This document shows, in pieces, positions 44,845 to 54,832 of a stretch of DNA of 64,000 bases. Every line of letters begins with the position of its first letter. The first letter of the stretch is position 1. Under the pieces are notes generated by a model. It saw only the letters and a list, made by a program, of their open reading frames with translations, was not told where the DNA came from and searched no databases. Source of the DNA: an uncultured Chloroflexota bacterium (GTDB taxonomy: Bacteria; Chloroflexota; UBA11872; UBA12225); NCBI GenBank assembly GCA_902805635.1, contig CADCTC010000204.1, positions 10,903-74,902 on the forward strand, read 5' to 3'. Made by a program: the position numbers and the translations under genes.

Positions 44845-45708
44845 GTGCGCCGTGCGGCGACCACTATGCCTGAGCTCGCGCTTGCCGTCCCGGCGCTCAT
44901 CCCACTCGTCGCCGTAGAGCTGGCGAAGACCGTGCGCTGGCGCGTCCTATTTGGGCAGGGCCGGCCGTCGTTTGCCACGTGCCTGCGCGCCCTCGTAGCG
45001 GGGCAGACTGCCAACGCGCTGTCGCCGGTCCGTGCAGGCGATGCGCTCCAGGTTGGCATTATCACCGCTCAGGGCGCGCCGCTAGGTGCCGCCACCGGCG
45101 CGCTGGCCGGCACCAAGGCCATCGATACAGTGTGCCTTGGGGCAATCGCCCTGGCCGTTGCCGGGACGTCCGCGTTCTCGCGCGCAGGGGTAGGCATCGC
45201 GGCCGGGCTAATGGTCCTTGCCGCCGCAGCCGTGCTGGCGCTGCGCGGCCGCGGGCTGCGCCGGCGACTTGAAGAGAATCGCATCGCACGCAAGCTGCGT
45301 CTGGCGTCGCTCATGGACGTGGCCGAGGCGCTGCGTGAGCCGCGCGTGCTTTGGACGGTCTTCCTCACCACCGGCACGGTCTGGCTGGCAGGCCTGGCCG
45401 CAAACGGAGTGCTATTGGCGGCGGTTGGACTACCAGTGGACCTGCACCTGGCGGCACGGATCATCGTAGCGGGATACCTGGTGGGCCTGTTCCCGTCCCC
45501 GCCGGCGCAGTTGGGTACATTTGAGGCGGCGATCACCGTGGCGCTCACGTCGGCGGGAGTGCCGCTCCAGGAGGCGCTGGCGGTCGCGGTGAGTCTGCAC
45601 GTGTGTCAGTTCGTAAAGCTCGGCGTTTTGTTAGCGGTCAGCTTCGCGCTGACGATGCGGCGCGCCACATGGGCAGCATGGGCGCGCTGGCCCGCTCGCA
45701 GCGCGTGA
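44845..45708 (+). CDS. Membrane protein resembling the LPG-synthase-TM/UPF0104 ('flippase-like') family
   Basis: It is multi-pass. ELAKTVRWRVLF...FATCLRALVAGQTANALSPVRAGDALQV matches my recollection of the family's RW...P.R.G(E/D) signature. It sits directly upstream of a GT2, a commonly seen pairing. Confidence 0.55.
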   Translation: MRRAATTMPELALAVPALIPLVAVELAKTVRWRVLFGQGRPSFATCLRALVAGQTANALSPVRAGDALQVGIITAQGAPLGAATGALAGTKAIDTVCLGAIALAVAGTSAFSRAGVGIAAGLMVLAAAAVLALRGRGLRRRLEENRIARKLRLASLMDVAEALREPRVLWTVFLTTGTVWLAGLAANGVLLAAVGLPVDLHLAARIIVAGYLVGLFPSPPAQLGTFEAAITVALTSAGVPLQEALAVAVSLHVCQFVKLGVLLAVSFALTMRRATWAAWARWPARSA

Positions 45709-45746
45709 GCATACCCGGCGTGAAGGCGACTACCCACAAGACGGAA

Positions 45747-46742
45747 ATGGCGATGGGCGCCGCGCGCGGCACCGTGGTGATCCCAGCGCACAATGCAGCA
45801 CGCACGTTAGGTGTGTGCCTGGATGCGCTCAGGGCCCAAGGGGTGCCAAGCAGCGACTTTTCGCTGATAGTTGTCGATGACGCTTCGTCGGACGGCACCG
45901 CCGCGGTGGCGTCACGGTCGGACGTAGTGGTGCTCGCAGGGCCCGGGACCGGCCCGGCAGCCGCCCGCAACGTGGGAGCGCGGGCCGCGACGGGAGAGGT
46001 GCTGGTGTTTCTGGATGCAGACACGGTCCCGGAGCAGGGCTGGCTGCGTGAGCTCGTGGCTCCACTGGCGGAGCCTGAGGTCGTGGCGGTGAAGGGGCGG
46101 TACCGGTCAGCGCAGCGGAGCGTGCTGGCGCGCTTTGCGCAGCTAGAGTTCGAGTGGAAATACGCGCGCCTGGAGCGCGCTGAGCGGGTGGATTTCGTCG
46201 ATACTGGTACCGCCGCGTACCGGCGGAATGCGTTCTTGGGCGCGGGTGGCTTCGACGAGGGTTTCCGCGCCAGTGAGGATGTAGACCTGGCGTTTCGGCT
46301 CGCGGCGGCTGGGGCGAAGATCGTCTTCAACCCAAGGGCAGTGGTGCTGCACCGGCACACAGAGGACCTTCCGGGCTACTTCGGCAAGAAAGTGCGCGCT
46401 GCCTACACACGCACGCTGGTCTACCGCCGCTACCCACGGAAGGCGCTAGGCGACTCCTACACCCCACCGCTGATGGGACTACAGATCGCACTGACCGGGG
46501 CGACGACCGTCGCGCTCCCGCTGGCGCTCGCCAGGTTCCCTCTGGCGAGGACCGCCCTGTGCACCGCTCTCACCGGGTTCGTCTTGTCGGTGCTGCCGAT
46601 GGTGCGACGCTCTATCACGAGTGACCCGACACTCGCACCGCTCGTCCCCGCGCTCGCTTTCCTGCGTGCGTTCGCGCAGGGCATCGGTGCAGCGGGCGCG
46701 TTCGCCCAGGGAATGCTGCAGCGGCGCGGGGACGCGGCATGA
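45747..46742 (+). CDS. GT2 family glycosyltransferase
   Basis: TVVIPAHNAARTL...LIVVDDASSDGT and VFLDADTVP are present. There are C-terminal hydrophobic segments. The start is ATG 45747 or 45753. Confidence 0.8.
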   Translation: MAMGAARGTVVIPAHNAARTLGVCLDALRAQGVPSSDFSLIVVDDASSDGTAAVASRSDVVVLAGPGTGPAAARNVGARAATGEVLVFLDADTVPEQGWLRELVAPLAEPEVVAVKGRYRSAQRSVLARFAQLEFEWKYARLERAERVDFVDTGTAAYRRNAFLGAGGFDEGFRASEDVDLAFRLAAAGAKIVFNPRAVVLHRHTEDLPGYFGKKVRAAYTRTLVYRRYPRKALGDSYTPPLMGLQIALTGATTVALPLALARFPLARTALCTALTGFVLSVLPMVRRSITSDPTLAPLVPALAFLRAFAQGIGAAGAFAQGMLQRRGDAA

Positions 46743-48322
46743 GGACCGCACACGCCGGCAACATCGCCAACAATGCCTACCTGATCGCCAAGTTCCTCCG
46801 CCGGCGCGGCGAGGACGCGCACGCGTTCCACTTCCGGTCCGAGTTCATCATGGGGCACCCGGAGTGGGAGGACGCCGACTTCGACGCAGAGCTGGACCCG
46901 TTCGATCCGCCCGACTGGAACGCGCTGCGCTTCACCAATGGCTTCCAGCGACCCCAATGGGTGCACTACATCAGCGGCCTCCCGCGGCCGTACGAGCTCC
47001 CGCGCGACGCGCCGGGCGGCCGCGACGCGCGAGTGATGGCCGCGACCTTCAGCGACGCGCGACCCGCGCCGCGCGGCTCCCTGGTGGGAACGCTGCGCGC
47101 GGCATCGGCCGGGCTGGCCACTCGGTATGGACAGCTGGCGCGGCAGGGGCAGCTGCGACCTGAGGAACGGGCGCAGCTGGTGGTGCTGGGATTGCTGCGC
47201 CAGGGCGTGGAGTGGGCGTCCTTCCAGCGCGCCGAGCGGCGCCTGCTGCTGAACGATCGCCTGCGCGCCGTCCTGGAACAGGCGGACGAGATCAACACGC
47301 ACTCCAAGCTGGCTGCCGCCGGCGAGCGCATCCGCCTGCGCGACCTGATTAAGACGCCGTTCTGGCCCTCCTACCGCCCCATGGCCGCGGACTATGACCT
47401 GGTGCAGCTCTACGGGCTAGAGGCGACCAAGGGCGTGTTCCTGCCCGCGGACAAGCCGCTGGTGGCGTTCGAGCACTCGACGATGCGCACGTTGCCGTTC
47501 GAGAACACGGTGCAGGGGCGGCTGCTCAACCTCGCTTACCGCGTGGCCGACTTTTGCGTCATCACCAACCCGGACGTGGTGAGCTCCGCCAAACGCCTGG
47601 GACTGCAGCACTATCGGTTCATCCCGCACCCACTGGACCAGGACAAATACGCGCCGCCGGGCGATCCCAACACGCCGCTACGCCGGGAGATCCTGCAGCA
47701 GACTGGAGCGGAGCTGATCTTCCTGTGCCCCACACGCCACGAGTGGAGCAACGCCTTCGACAGCAAACGCAGCGACCGGGTGATCAAGGCGTACGCCGCC
47801 TACTGCCGCAACTCGGCCAACCCGCGCGCCGCGCTGGTGCTCTCGCGCTGGGGTCGTGATGTGCGGGCCACCGAGACTCTGATCGAGCAGGAAGGGCTGG
47901 TCGACCGCGTGGTGTGGCGCCATCCCATGCACAAGCTGCGGCTGCTGGAGCACTACCGCGCCGCGGACGTGGTGCTGGACCAGTTCCACGAGGCGGTAGG
48001 CACGTTCGGCACGGTGACCGCGGAGGCGCTCTCCTGCGCGCGGCCGGTGATCATGTACTACAACCCGGCGGTCCACGAGTGGTGCCTGCCCGAGGCGCCG
48101 CCTATCGAGAGCGCGCTGACCGAAGAAGACATCCTGGCCCGCCTGGAGCAGCTGGCGGGTGACCCGGAGCGGCGCCGGCGCGTGGGCGACGCATCCCGCG
48201 CGTGGATCATCAAGTGGCACAGCTGGGAGCGCTGCGCCGACGACCACCTGGCCATGTACCAGGAGGTAATGACCAGGCGCGCCGCGGACGCCGCGGCCCA
48301 GGAAGGTACGTTCAGTAGGTGA
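46739..48322 (+). CDS. Probable GT-B fold (GT4-like) glycosyltransferase with an atypical N-terminal half
   Basis: The C-terminal half resembles GT4 (LSRWGRDV..., YRAADVVLDQFHEAVGTFGTVTAEALSCARPVIMY). The ATGA overlaps the upstream stop. Confidence 0.5.
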   Translation: MRTAHAGNIANNAYLIAKFLRRRGEDAHAFHFRSEFIMGHPEWEDADFDAELDPFDPPDWNALRFTNGFQRPQWVHYISGLPRPYELPRDAPGGRDARVMAATFSDARPAPRGSLVGTLRAASAGLATRYGQLARQGQLRPEERAQLVVLGLLRQGVEWASFQRAERRLLLNDRLRAVLEQADEINTHSKLAAAGERIRLRDLIKTPFWPSYRPMAADYDLVQLYGLEATKGVFLPADKPLVAFEHSTMRTLPFENTVQGRLLNLAYRVADFCVITNPDVVSSAKRLGLQHYRFIPHPLDQDKYAPPGDPNTPLRREILQQTGAELIFLCPTRHEWSNAFDSKRSDRVIKAYAAYCRNSANPRAALVLSRWGRDVRATETLIEQEGLVDRVVWRHPMHKLRLLEHYRAADVVLDQFHEAVGTFGTVTAEALSCARPVIMYYNPAVHEWCLPEAPPIESALTEEDILARLEQLAGDPERRRRVGDASRAWIIKWHSWERCADDHLAMYQEVMTRRAADAAAQEGTFSR

Positions 48323-49449
48323 TGACGGAAGGGAGCCTGCCAGCGGGCAACACGCACGCTGGAGAGACGGCTCGCGTCGGCGTGGTGGGCGCGGGCTATT
48401 GGGGACCCAACCTGATCCGGAACCTGGCCGAGCTGCCGCGCTCCCCGCTCGTGGCGGTGGCTGACCGTGACCCGGCGCGGCTGGAATACGCGCGAGCGCG
48501 GTACCCGCACGTGCGCTTCTACAGCGAGCTGGAAGAGCTGCTGGCGGACGGCGAGGTGAACGCGGTGGTCCTGGCGACGCCGGCCGAGCTGCACGAGCGC
48601 CACGCGCTGGCAGCGTTGGAGGCAGGCAAGCACGTGTTCGTCGAGAAGCCGCTCGCGACGTCCAGTGCCGGGTGCCGGCGCCTGATGGCGGCGGCAGAGG
48701 CGCATGGCCGGGTGCTGATGGTGGGGCACACCTTCCTGCACAATGATGCCGTGCGCTGGGTAAAGGCGCGCATTGACGAGGGCGACCTGGGAGACGTGCT
48801 GTACCTCTACTCGCGGCGCCTGAACCTGGGTCAGGTGCGCCAGGACATCAACGTGGTGTGGAACCTGGCCCCGCACGACATCTCGATCATGCTGTACCTG
48901 GCCGGACAACGCCCTGATCGGGTGGCCTGCCACGGTCAGGCATTCCTCCAGAAGGGGGTGGAGGACGTGGCGTTCCTGACGCTGGAGTTCGGCGCGGCGC
49001 CCGGCGGCACCGGGGCACGCCGGGCAGCCCACATCCACGTCTCGTGGCTGGATCCCAACAAGGTGCGGGAAGTGGTCGTGGTGGGGTCGCGCAAGATGGT
49101 CGTCTATGACGACGTTGACGCCGACCACATGATCCAGGTGTACGACAAGGGCGTGGACCGCGTGCCCGTGCAGGCTGGCGGTGCGGCGGCGAGCGACCCG
49201 CGCGAGCGGCTAGAGACGTTCGGCGAGTTCAAGCTCTGGCTGCGCTGGGGCGACCTGACCATCCCCAAGCTGCGCGTTGCCGAGCCGCTGCGCAACGAGA
49301 TGGCGCACTTCATCCAGTGCATCGAGACCGGCCAGGCGCCGATTACAGGCGCACTCAACGGTCTTGAGGTGGTGCGCGTCCTGGAAGCGGCCGATGAGTC
49401 GCTGCGCGCCGGCGGCGCGCCGGTCGAGATTGATTGGAGCGCGACGTGA
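48319..49449 (+). CDS. Gfo/Idh/MocA-family NAD-dependent sugar-nucleotide oxidoreductase (WbpB-like)
   Basis: VGVVGAGYWGPNLIRNL, AVVLATPAELH and VFVEKPLA are present. Confidence 0.8.
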   Translation: MMTEGSLPAGNTHAGETARVGVVGAGYWGPNLIRNLAELPRSPLVAVADRDPARLEYARARYPHVRFYSELEELLADGEVNAVVLATPAELHERHALAALEAGKHVFVEKPLATSSAGCRRLMAAAEAHGRVLMVGHTFLHNDAVRWVKARIDEGDLGDVLYLYSRRLNLGQVRQDINVVWNLAPHDISIMLYLAGQRPDRVACHGQAFLQKGVEDVAFLTLEFGAAPGGTGARRAAHIHVSWLDPNKVREVVVVGSRKMVVYDDVDADHMIQVYDKGVDRVPVQAGGAAASDPRERLETFGEFKLWLRWGDLTIPKLRVAEPLRNEMAHFIQCIETGQAPITGALNGLEVVRVLEAADESLRAGGAPVEIDWSAT

Positions 49450-50156
49450 GCGGAGCCACGCCGGCCACCATCGCGCCTTCGGCGCGCATCTATCCCAACG
49501 TCCAGTTGGGCGAGGGCAGCGTGGTAGGTGACTTCGTCATCATCGGCGAGCCCGCGCGCGGCGTAGCCCCAGGCGAGGCCGCAACGGTGATCGGCGCCGG
49601 GGCGGTGATCCGCTCGCACACCGTCATCTACGCGGGCAACGTGATCGGGGCTGGGTTCCAGTCGGGCCACGGCGCGCTGCTGCGCGAGAGCAACACCATC
49701 GGCGATAACGTCAGCGTCGGCAGCCACTCGATCATCGAGCACCACGTCGATATCGCCGACCGCGTACGGATCCACTCGCAGGCGTTCGTGCCGGAGTACA
49801 GCACACTCAAGCGCGGGTCGTGGGTGGGGCCCGGCGTGCGGCTGACCAATGCACCGCACCCGCTGTGCCCGGACGTGCAGCGGTGCCTCGTGGGGCCAAC
49901 GCTCGAGGCGGGGGCGAAGATCGGCGCCAACGCGAGCCTGCTGCCCGGCGTACGCATCGGCGAGAACGCGCTGGTCGGCGCGGGCGCGGTCGTAACGCGC
50001 GACGTGGAGCCGGGCGCTGTGGTGGCGGGCAACCCGGCGCGCACGGTGAAGCACATCCGCGACCTCGTGTGCCCCGCCACCGGGCTCAACCCGTATCGCG
50101 CCATCCTGGGCGTCCCTGGCGATGATAGCGACGACGACGATCACGCCGGACGTTAG
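49434..50156 (+). CDS. Hexapeptide-repeat (left-handed beta-helix) N-acetyltransferase (WbpD-like)
   Basis: Imperfect [LIV]-G-x4 hexads repeat throughout, for example IGENALVGAGAVVTRDVEPGAVVAGNPAR. Confidence 0.8.
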   Translation: MERDVSGATPATIAPSARIYPNVQLGEGSVVGDFVIIGEPARGVAPGEAATVIGAGAVIRSHTVIYAGNVIGAGFQSGHGALLRESNTIGDNVSVGSHSIIEHHVDIADRVRIHSQAFVPEYSTLKRGSWVGPGVRLTNAPHPLCPDVQRCLVGPTLEAGAKIGANASLLPGVRIGENALVGAGAVVTRDVEPGAVVAGNPARTVKHIRDLVCPATGLNPYRAILGVPGDDSDDDDHAGR

Positions 50157-50165
50157 ACAACCGAG

Positions 50166-51359
50166 ATGACTGCCACTCCGCTAACTGCGTCCGAGCGTCC
50201 GCGCACCGCGGAGAAGGTGCCGCTGGTTGACTTGAGTGCCGAGTATGCGTCGATCAATGGCGAGATCGACGCTGCGATCCAGGACGTGATCGCCCGCACG
50301 GCGTTTGTGCGCGGGCCCTTCGCGCGCGCGTTCGAATCACAGTGGGCAACGTACTGCGGTGCATCGCACGCGGTAGGCTGCGCCAACGGCACCGTCGCCA
50401 TCGAGCTGGCGCTGCGCGCCCTGGGCATCGGCCCAGGCGACGAAGTCATCACCACGCCGCTGACGTTCATCGCCACGGTCGAGTCGATCGTGCACGCGGG
50501 GGCCACGCCGGTGCTCGCCGAGATCGATCCGCGCACGTGCAACCTCTCGCCGGAGGCTACGAAGGCGGCGATCACACCGCGCACCAAGGCGATCGTTCCG
50601 GTGGCGCTGTACGGACAGCCGGCGGACATGGGGGCGTTCCGGCACATCGCGGACACGCACGGGCTGCTGGTGGTGGAAGACTCCGCACAGGCGCAGGGGG
50701 CGGCATGGGCGGGACGCCGCACCGGCAGCGATGGCGTGGCCGACGCGACGACTTTTAGCTTCTATCCCGGCAAGAACCTGGGCGCATACGGCGACGCCGG
50801 CGCTGTGACTACCGCCGACCCGGCGCTGGCCGACCGCATCCTGCGCCTCTCCGACCATGGACGGGCGGAGAAGTACACCCACGACCAGGTCGGCTTCAAC
50901 AGCCGGCTGGACGGTATCCAGGCCGCGGTCTTGTCGGCCAAGCTGCCGCGCCTGGATGCGTGGAACGCTGCGCGGCGACGCCTAGCGCAGCGATATGACA
51001 CCCTGCTGGCCGGAGCCGTGCAGCGCGGCCTGCTGCGCACGGTGGAACAGGCGCCCGACGCGCGGGGCGTCTACCACCTGTACGTAGTGCGCGTGGCCGC
51101 GCCCCCCGCTGGCGCCGGGCGCGACGCGGTGCTTGCTTCGCTTCGAGACGCCGGGATCGAAGCCGGCGTCCATTACCCGGTGCCGCTGCACCTGCAGCCG
51201 GCGCTGGCGCACCTCGGCTACGGTGACGGCGCCTTTCCGGAGGCCGAGCGCGCCTCACGCGAAGCGCTGTCGCTGCCGATCTTCCCGCTGATGACCGAGG
51301 CACAGCAAGACCGAGTGGTCGCGGCGCTGCTCGCAGCGGTCGGGGCCAGCGGGGCGTAA
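50166..51359 (+). CDS. DegT/DnrJ/EryC1/StrS-family PLP-dependent sugar aminotransferase (WbpE-like)
   Basis: CANGTVAIELAL, VVEDSAQAQG and the PLP-lysine block FSFYPGKNLGAYGDAGAV are present. Confidence 0.88.
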   Translation: MTATPLTASERPRTAEKVPLVDLSAEYASINGEIDAAIQDVIARTAFVRGPFARAFESQWATYCGASHAVGCANGTVAIELALRALGIGPGDEVITTPLTFIATVESIVHAGATPVLAEIDPRTCNLSPEATKAAITPRTKAIVPVALYGQPADMGAFRHIADTHGLLVVEDSAQAQGAAWAGRRTGSDGVADATTFSFYPGKNLGAYGDAGAVTTADPALADRILRLSDHGRAEKYTHDQVGFNSRLDGIQAAVLSAKLPRLDAWNAARRRLAQRYDTLLAGAVQRGLLRTVEQAPDARGVYHLYVVRVAAPPAGAGRDAVLASLRDAGIEAGVHYPVPLHLQPALAHLGYGDGAFPEAERASREALSLPIFPLMTEAQQDRVVAALLAAVGASGA

Positions 51360-51360
51360 C

Positions 51361-53289
51361 TTGTGCGGCATCGCCGGGTGGATTGACTACCAGGGGTCGC
51401 GCGCGGACGTAGCGCGGCTGCTGGAGCGGATGAAGACCGCCATCTGGCACCGCGGGCCGGACGAGGAGGGCTCCTACCAGGACGAGCATGCCGCGATCGG
51501 AATGCAGCGCCTGGCGATCATCGACCTGGCCGGCGGGCAGCAGCCGATGTCAAATGAGGACGGCTCGATCTGGGTGGTCTTCAACGGCGAGATCTACAAC
51601 GCGCCCGAGCTGCGGCCACAGCTGGAGGCGCGCGGCCACCGCTTCGCCACCCACGCCGACACCGAGGTGATCCTCCACCTGTACGAAGAGATGGGCGACG
51701 ACTGCGCGATCGCGCTGGAGGGGATGTTCGCCTTCGCCGTGTGGGACACGCGCCGCCAGCGGGCGCTACTGGCGCGCGATCGGCTGGGCAAGAAGCCGCT
51801 GTTCTACTCGCAGGCGCCGGGCGGGCTGCTGTTTGGCTCGGAGCTCAAGGCGCTGCTGTGCCATCCGGGTCTGCCGCGCGAGATCGACCTTGAGTCGCTG
51901 AACACCTACCTGGCGCTCAACTACACGCTGGCGCCGCGGACCATGCTGCGGAGCGTGCGCCAGGTGCGGCCGGGGCACCGGCTGGTCTACGCCGCCGGCA
52001 GCCTGCGCGAGTCGGCGTACTGGGAGCCGCGTGGTGGCGGCGCTGCGCCTGTCGAGCCGCTAGAGGAGTTCCGCGCGCTGCTGGACGCTGCGGTCAAGAA
52101 ACGCCTGCTCTCGGATGTGCCGCTGGGGGCGTTTCTCTCCGGTGGCATTGATTCAAGCAGCGTCGTGGCGCTGATGCAGCGCCACATGGCCGACCCGGTG
52201 CGCACGTTCTGCCTGGCGTTCCGTGAGGAATCATGGGGCGAGCAGGACTTCGCGGCCGAGGTCGCGCGCCACACTGGCGCGCGCCACACCGAGGCCGAGG
52301 TGCCAGCGCAGCCGCTGGCGGACGCGCTGCCGCGCATCGTCGCGGCGCTCGACGAGCCGCACGGGGACACGTCGGCCATCCCAATGTACTACCTCTGCAA
52401 GGCAACCCGCGACGGTATGACGGTGGCGCTCTCAGGCGATGGCGGCGACGAGGCGCTGGCCGGCTACGAGACCTATGTCGCCGACACCGTCCGGCCACTT
52501 TACCGGCTGCTGCCGCGGCCGGTACGCACCGGAGTGGTGGCACGCGCAGTGCGCGCGCTGCCTGTCTCCAACGCCAAGGTCGGCGCCGACGAGATGCTGC
52601 GACGCTTTGTCGCCGGCGCCGAGCTCGATGGCGACCGCGCGCACTATGCCTGGCGCACCATCTTTGGCCAGGCGGAGCGCAACGCGCTCCTCGGCGGTGA
52701 GGCGCGCGGCGTGGCAGCGGCGCACGACCCGTTCGAGGACAGCCTGGCGCTGGCGCCAAACCTAGATACCTTCTCCGGCGTCCAGCGCTTCATGTACTTC
52801 GACTTGCGCACCTGGCTGCCCAACGACATCCTGGTCAAAGCCGATCGCACGAGTATGGCGCACTCGCTGGAGGTGCGCGCGCCGTTTCTGGACCACCGCC
52901 TGGTGGAGTTCGCGCTGCGCCTGCCGTCGCGCTGGCTGCTGAACGGGCTGCAGAAAAAGGCCATCCTCAAGCGCGCCATGCGCGGCCTACTGCCGGACCG
53001 CATCCTGGACCGGCGCAAGCGCGGCTTCAACGCACCGGTGCGCACCTGGATGAACGGGCCGCTGCGCGAGCTGGTCCAGGAGACGGTGGCGGGACGTGCC
53101 GGCGGCACGCTGCCCTGGTTCGAGCCGGACAGTCTGCGCCGGCTCGTAGCTCGCCACGATACGGCGGCCGCCGAACACTCGTTGCAGCTTTGGGGGCTGC
53201 TGATGTTCCACCTCTGGCACGACTGGATGCGTGCCTGGCAGGTCCCCACAACGACCCGTGACCCGATCACCGTATCGACATCGACATGA
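51361..53289 (+). CDS. Asparagine synthase (glutamine-hydrolysing) family amidotransferase, copy 2
   Basis: A TTG start is followed by CGIAGW (N-terminal Cys nucleophile). The PP-loop is SGGIDSSSV. Confidence 0.85.
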   Translation: MCGIAGWIDYQGSRADVARLLERMKTAIWHRGPDEEGSYQDEHAAIGMQRLAIIDLAGGQQPMSNEDGSIWVVFNGEIYNAPELRPQLEARGHRFATHADTEVILHLYEEMGDDCAIALEGMFAFAVWDTRRQRALLARDRLGKKPLFYSQAPGGLLFGSELKALLCHPGLPREIDLESLNTYLALNYTLAPRTMLRSVRQVRPGHRLVYAAGSLRESAYWEPRGGGAAPVEPLEEFRALLDAAVKKRLLSDVPLGAFLSGGIDSSSVVALMQRHMADPVRTFCLAFREESWGEQDFAAEVARHTGARHTEAEVPAQPLADALPRIVAALDEPHGDTSAIPMYYLCKATRDGMTVALSGDGGDEALAGYETYVADTVRPLYRLLPRPVRTGVVARAVRALPVSNAKVGADEMLRRFVAGAELDGDRAHYAWRTIFGQAERNALLGGEARGVAAAHDPFEDSLALAPNLDTFSGVQRFMYFDLRTWLPNDILVKADRTSMAHSLEVRAPFLDHRLVEFALRLPSRWLLNGLQKKAILKRAMRGLLPDRILDRRKRGFNAPVRTWMNGPLRELVQETVAGRAGGTLPWFEPDSLRRLVARHDTAAAEHSLQLWGLLMFHLWHDWMRAWQVPTTTRDPITVSTST

Positions 53290-54368
53290 GCGAAGCTCCT
53301 CCTTCAAGCGCACCTACCACCGCACCCGCCGCCGCCACCGTTCGCGGTGAGCCTGTCGAACCACGCCCTTCGACAGGGTCCCCCCTGAGCCTGCCGAAGG
53401 GCTCAGGGCGAACGGATAGCGATCCCGGTTCAGTGACCGCGGTGCTCGGAGCGTTGTCCAACTTCGATTCGCGACCGCTGGAGCCGGGCTTCAGCGTCGT
53501 CATCCCCGCCATGAACGAGGGCGGCGCGGTGGGAGACGTGGTGCGTCGCCTACGCGAGACGATGCAGGCGACCGGACAGCCGTTCGAGGTCATCGTCGTG
53601 GACGATGGATCCAACGACGACACGGCCCAGGAAGCGCGCGATGCAGGGGCGACAGTGCTGCAGCACCCGCAGAACGCCGGCTACGGCGCCGCGCTGAAGA
53701 CCGGCATCCTGCGCGCGCAGTTCGACCGCATCATCATCACCGACGCCGACGGCACCTACCCCATCGACCGCATTCCTGACCTGATGGCGGAGTCCGCCCG
53801 CTTCGACATGGTGGTCGGCGCACGCCAGGGTGAGCACTACCGCGAATCGGCGTTCAAGGAGCCGGCGCGCCTGATCTTCGGCGCGCTGTGCAGCTGGGTC
53901 ACCGGGGTCCGCATCCCGGACGTGAACAGTGGCCTGCGAGTGTTCCGCACCTCGCTTGCGCGCCAGTATTTCCACGTCATCTCGCAGGGCTTCTCATTCA
54001 CCACCACTATCACGCTGGCGGCGCTCTCCAACGGGTACTTCGTGAAGTACATCCCGGTGGACTACCACCGGCGAGTCGGACAGAGCAAGGTGCGGCTGAC
54101 GCGCGATGTGCCACGCACGACGCAGATCATCCTGCAGGCGATCGTCTACTACAACCCCATCAAGCTGTTCCTGATGTTCGCCCTCGCGTCGCTGGCCGCG
54201 GCGGCCGTGTTCTGGCTGCTGTTCGCCGTGACGCAGCTCGTGGTGCTGGGCCTGACGGCGGGGTTGTTCACCGTCTCCGTGGTGCACTTCGTCGCCATCG
54301 GGCTGCTGGCGGACCTGATCCGCGTGCGCCAGATCCCCCGTGCCCCCACCCTCACCAGCCAGCGCTAG
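53286..54368 (+). CDS. GT2 polyprenyl-phosphate sugar synthase-like glycosyltransferase (DPM1/GtrB/ArnC type) with two C-terminal TM helices
   Basis: FSVVIPAMNEGG...VIVVDDGSNDDT, ITDADGTYP and the C-terminal helices IKLFLMFALASLAAAAVFWLL and LFTVSVVHFVAIGLLADLI are present. The ATGA overlaps the upstream stop. Confidence 0.82.
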   Translation: MSEAPPSSAPTTAPAAATVRGEPVEPRPSTGSPLSLPKGSGRTDSDPGSVTAVLGALSNFDSRPLEPGFSVVIPAMNEGGAVGDVVRRLRETMQATGQPFEVIVVDDGSNDDTAQEARDAGATVLQHPQNAGYGAALKTGILRAQFDRIIITDADGTYPIDRIPDLMAESARFDMVVGARQGEHYRESAFKEPARLIFGALCSWVTGVRIPDVNSGLRVFRTSLARQYFHVISQGFSFTTTITLAALSNGYFVKYIPVDYHRRVGQSKVRLTRDVPRTTQIILQAIVYYNPIKLFLMFALASLAAAAVFWLLFAVTQLVVLGLTAGLFTVSVVHFVAIGLLADLIRVRQIPRAPTLTSQR

Positions 54369-54460
54369 CGGACTTCCGGCTGCTGCCCAAGTCCCCTGGC
54401 TGCTGGGGAGTGCTGCCGGCGAGTCACGAGGACCCGCCGGCAACGTGTATGCGCCTATAA

Positions 54461-54616
54461 CTAAATCGTGGCGTAAATCTGCGTGAAGACGGCGCCGATC
54501 TGCGGGCCGAGCAAGAGCAAGATCGCGATGACAACAATTGCGACGAGGAAAATAATGAGGGCGTACTCGATCAAGCCCTGACCCAGCTCGGCAGGATGGG
54601 GCGCGCGCTCAGCCAT
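54461..54616 (-). CDS. flp: Flp/Fap-family type IVb pilin (51 aa)
   Basis: MAERAPHPAELGQG-LIEYALIIFLVAIVVIAILLLLGP contains the G/xxxxEY processing motif followed by a hydrophobic helix. I trimmed the 153-aa track ORF to ATG 54616. Confidence 0.7.
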   Translation of the reverse strand: MAERAPHPAELGQGLIEYALIIFLVAIVVIAILLLLGPQIGAVFTQIYATI

Positions 54617-54832
54617 GGCCGGCGCTGCCTCGAGCGCAGTGGGCTGGTCTTCTATCTGGTCCCGTTTCGTAGCGGCATTCCTCCTTTCAGCGGCGGCGTC
54701 AGCCAGGCCGCGAGATGGCTGACTATACGCGATTCGTGCACTTCGCGCGGCATTGGCGCCGCATCCGCGGCGCAAGACGCGCGGCTGGCACATTGCTTGC
54801 TCACCCCGGCCCGTGAAAGGGAGGACCGAAGC

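Noticed and set aside
44676-44873. The idea that the UPF0104-like gene lost its first TM helix through a frameshift (upstream ORF MTALHLALVDGVRRVEAAW...)
   Set aside because: The upstream frame has no convincing hydrophobic helix, and its resemblance to the family N-terminus is vague. Profile alignment would be needed.
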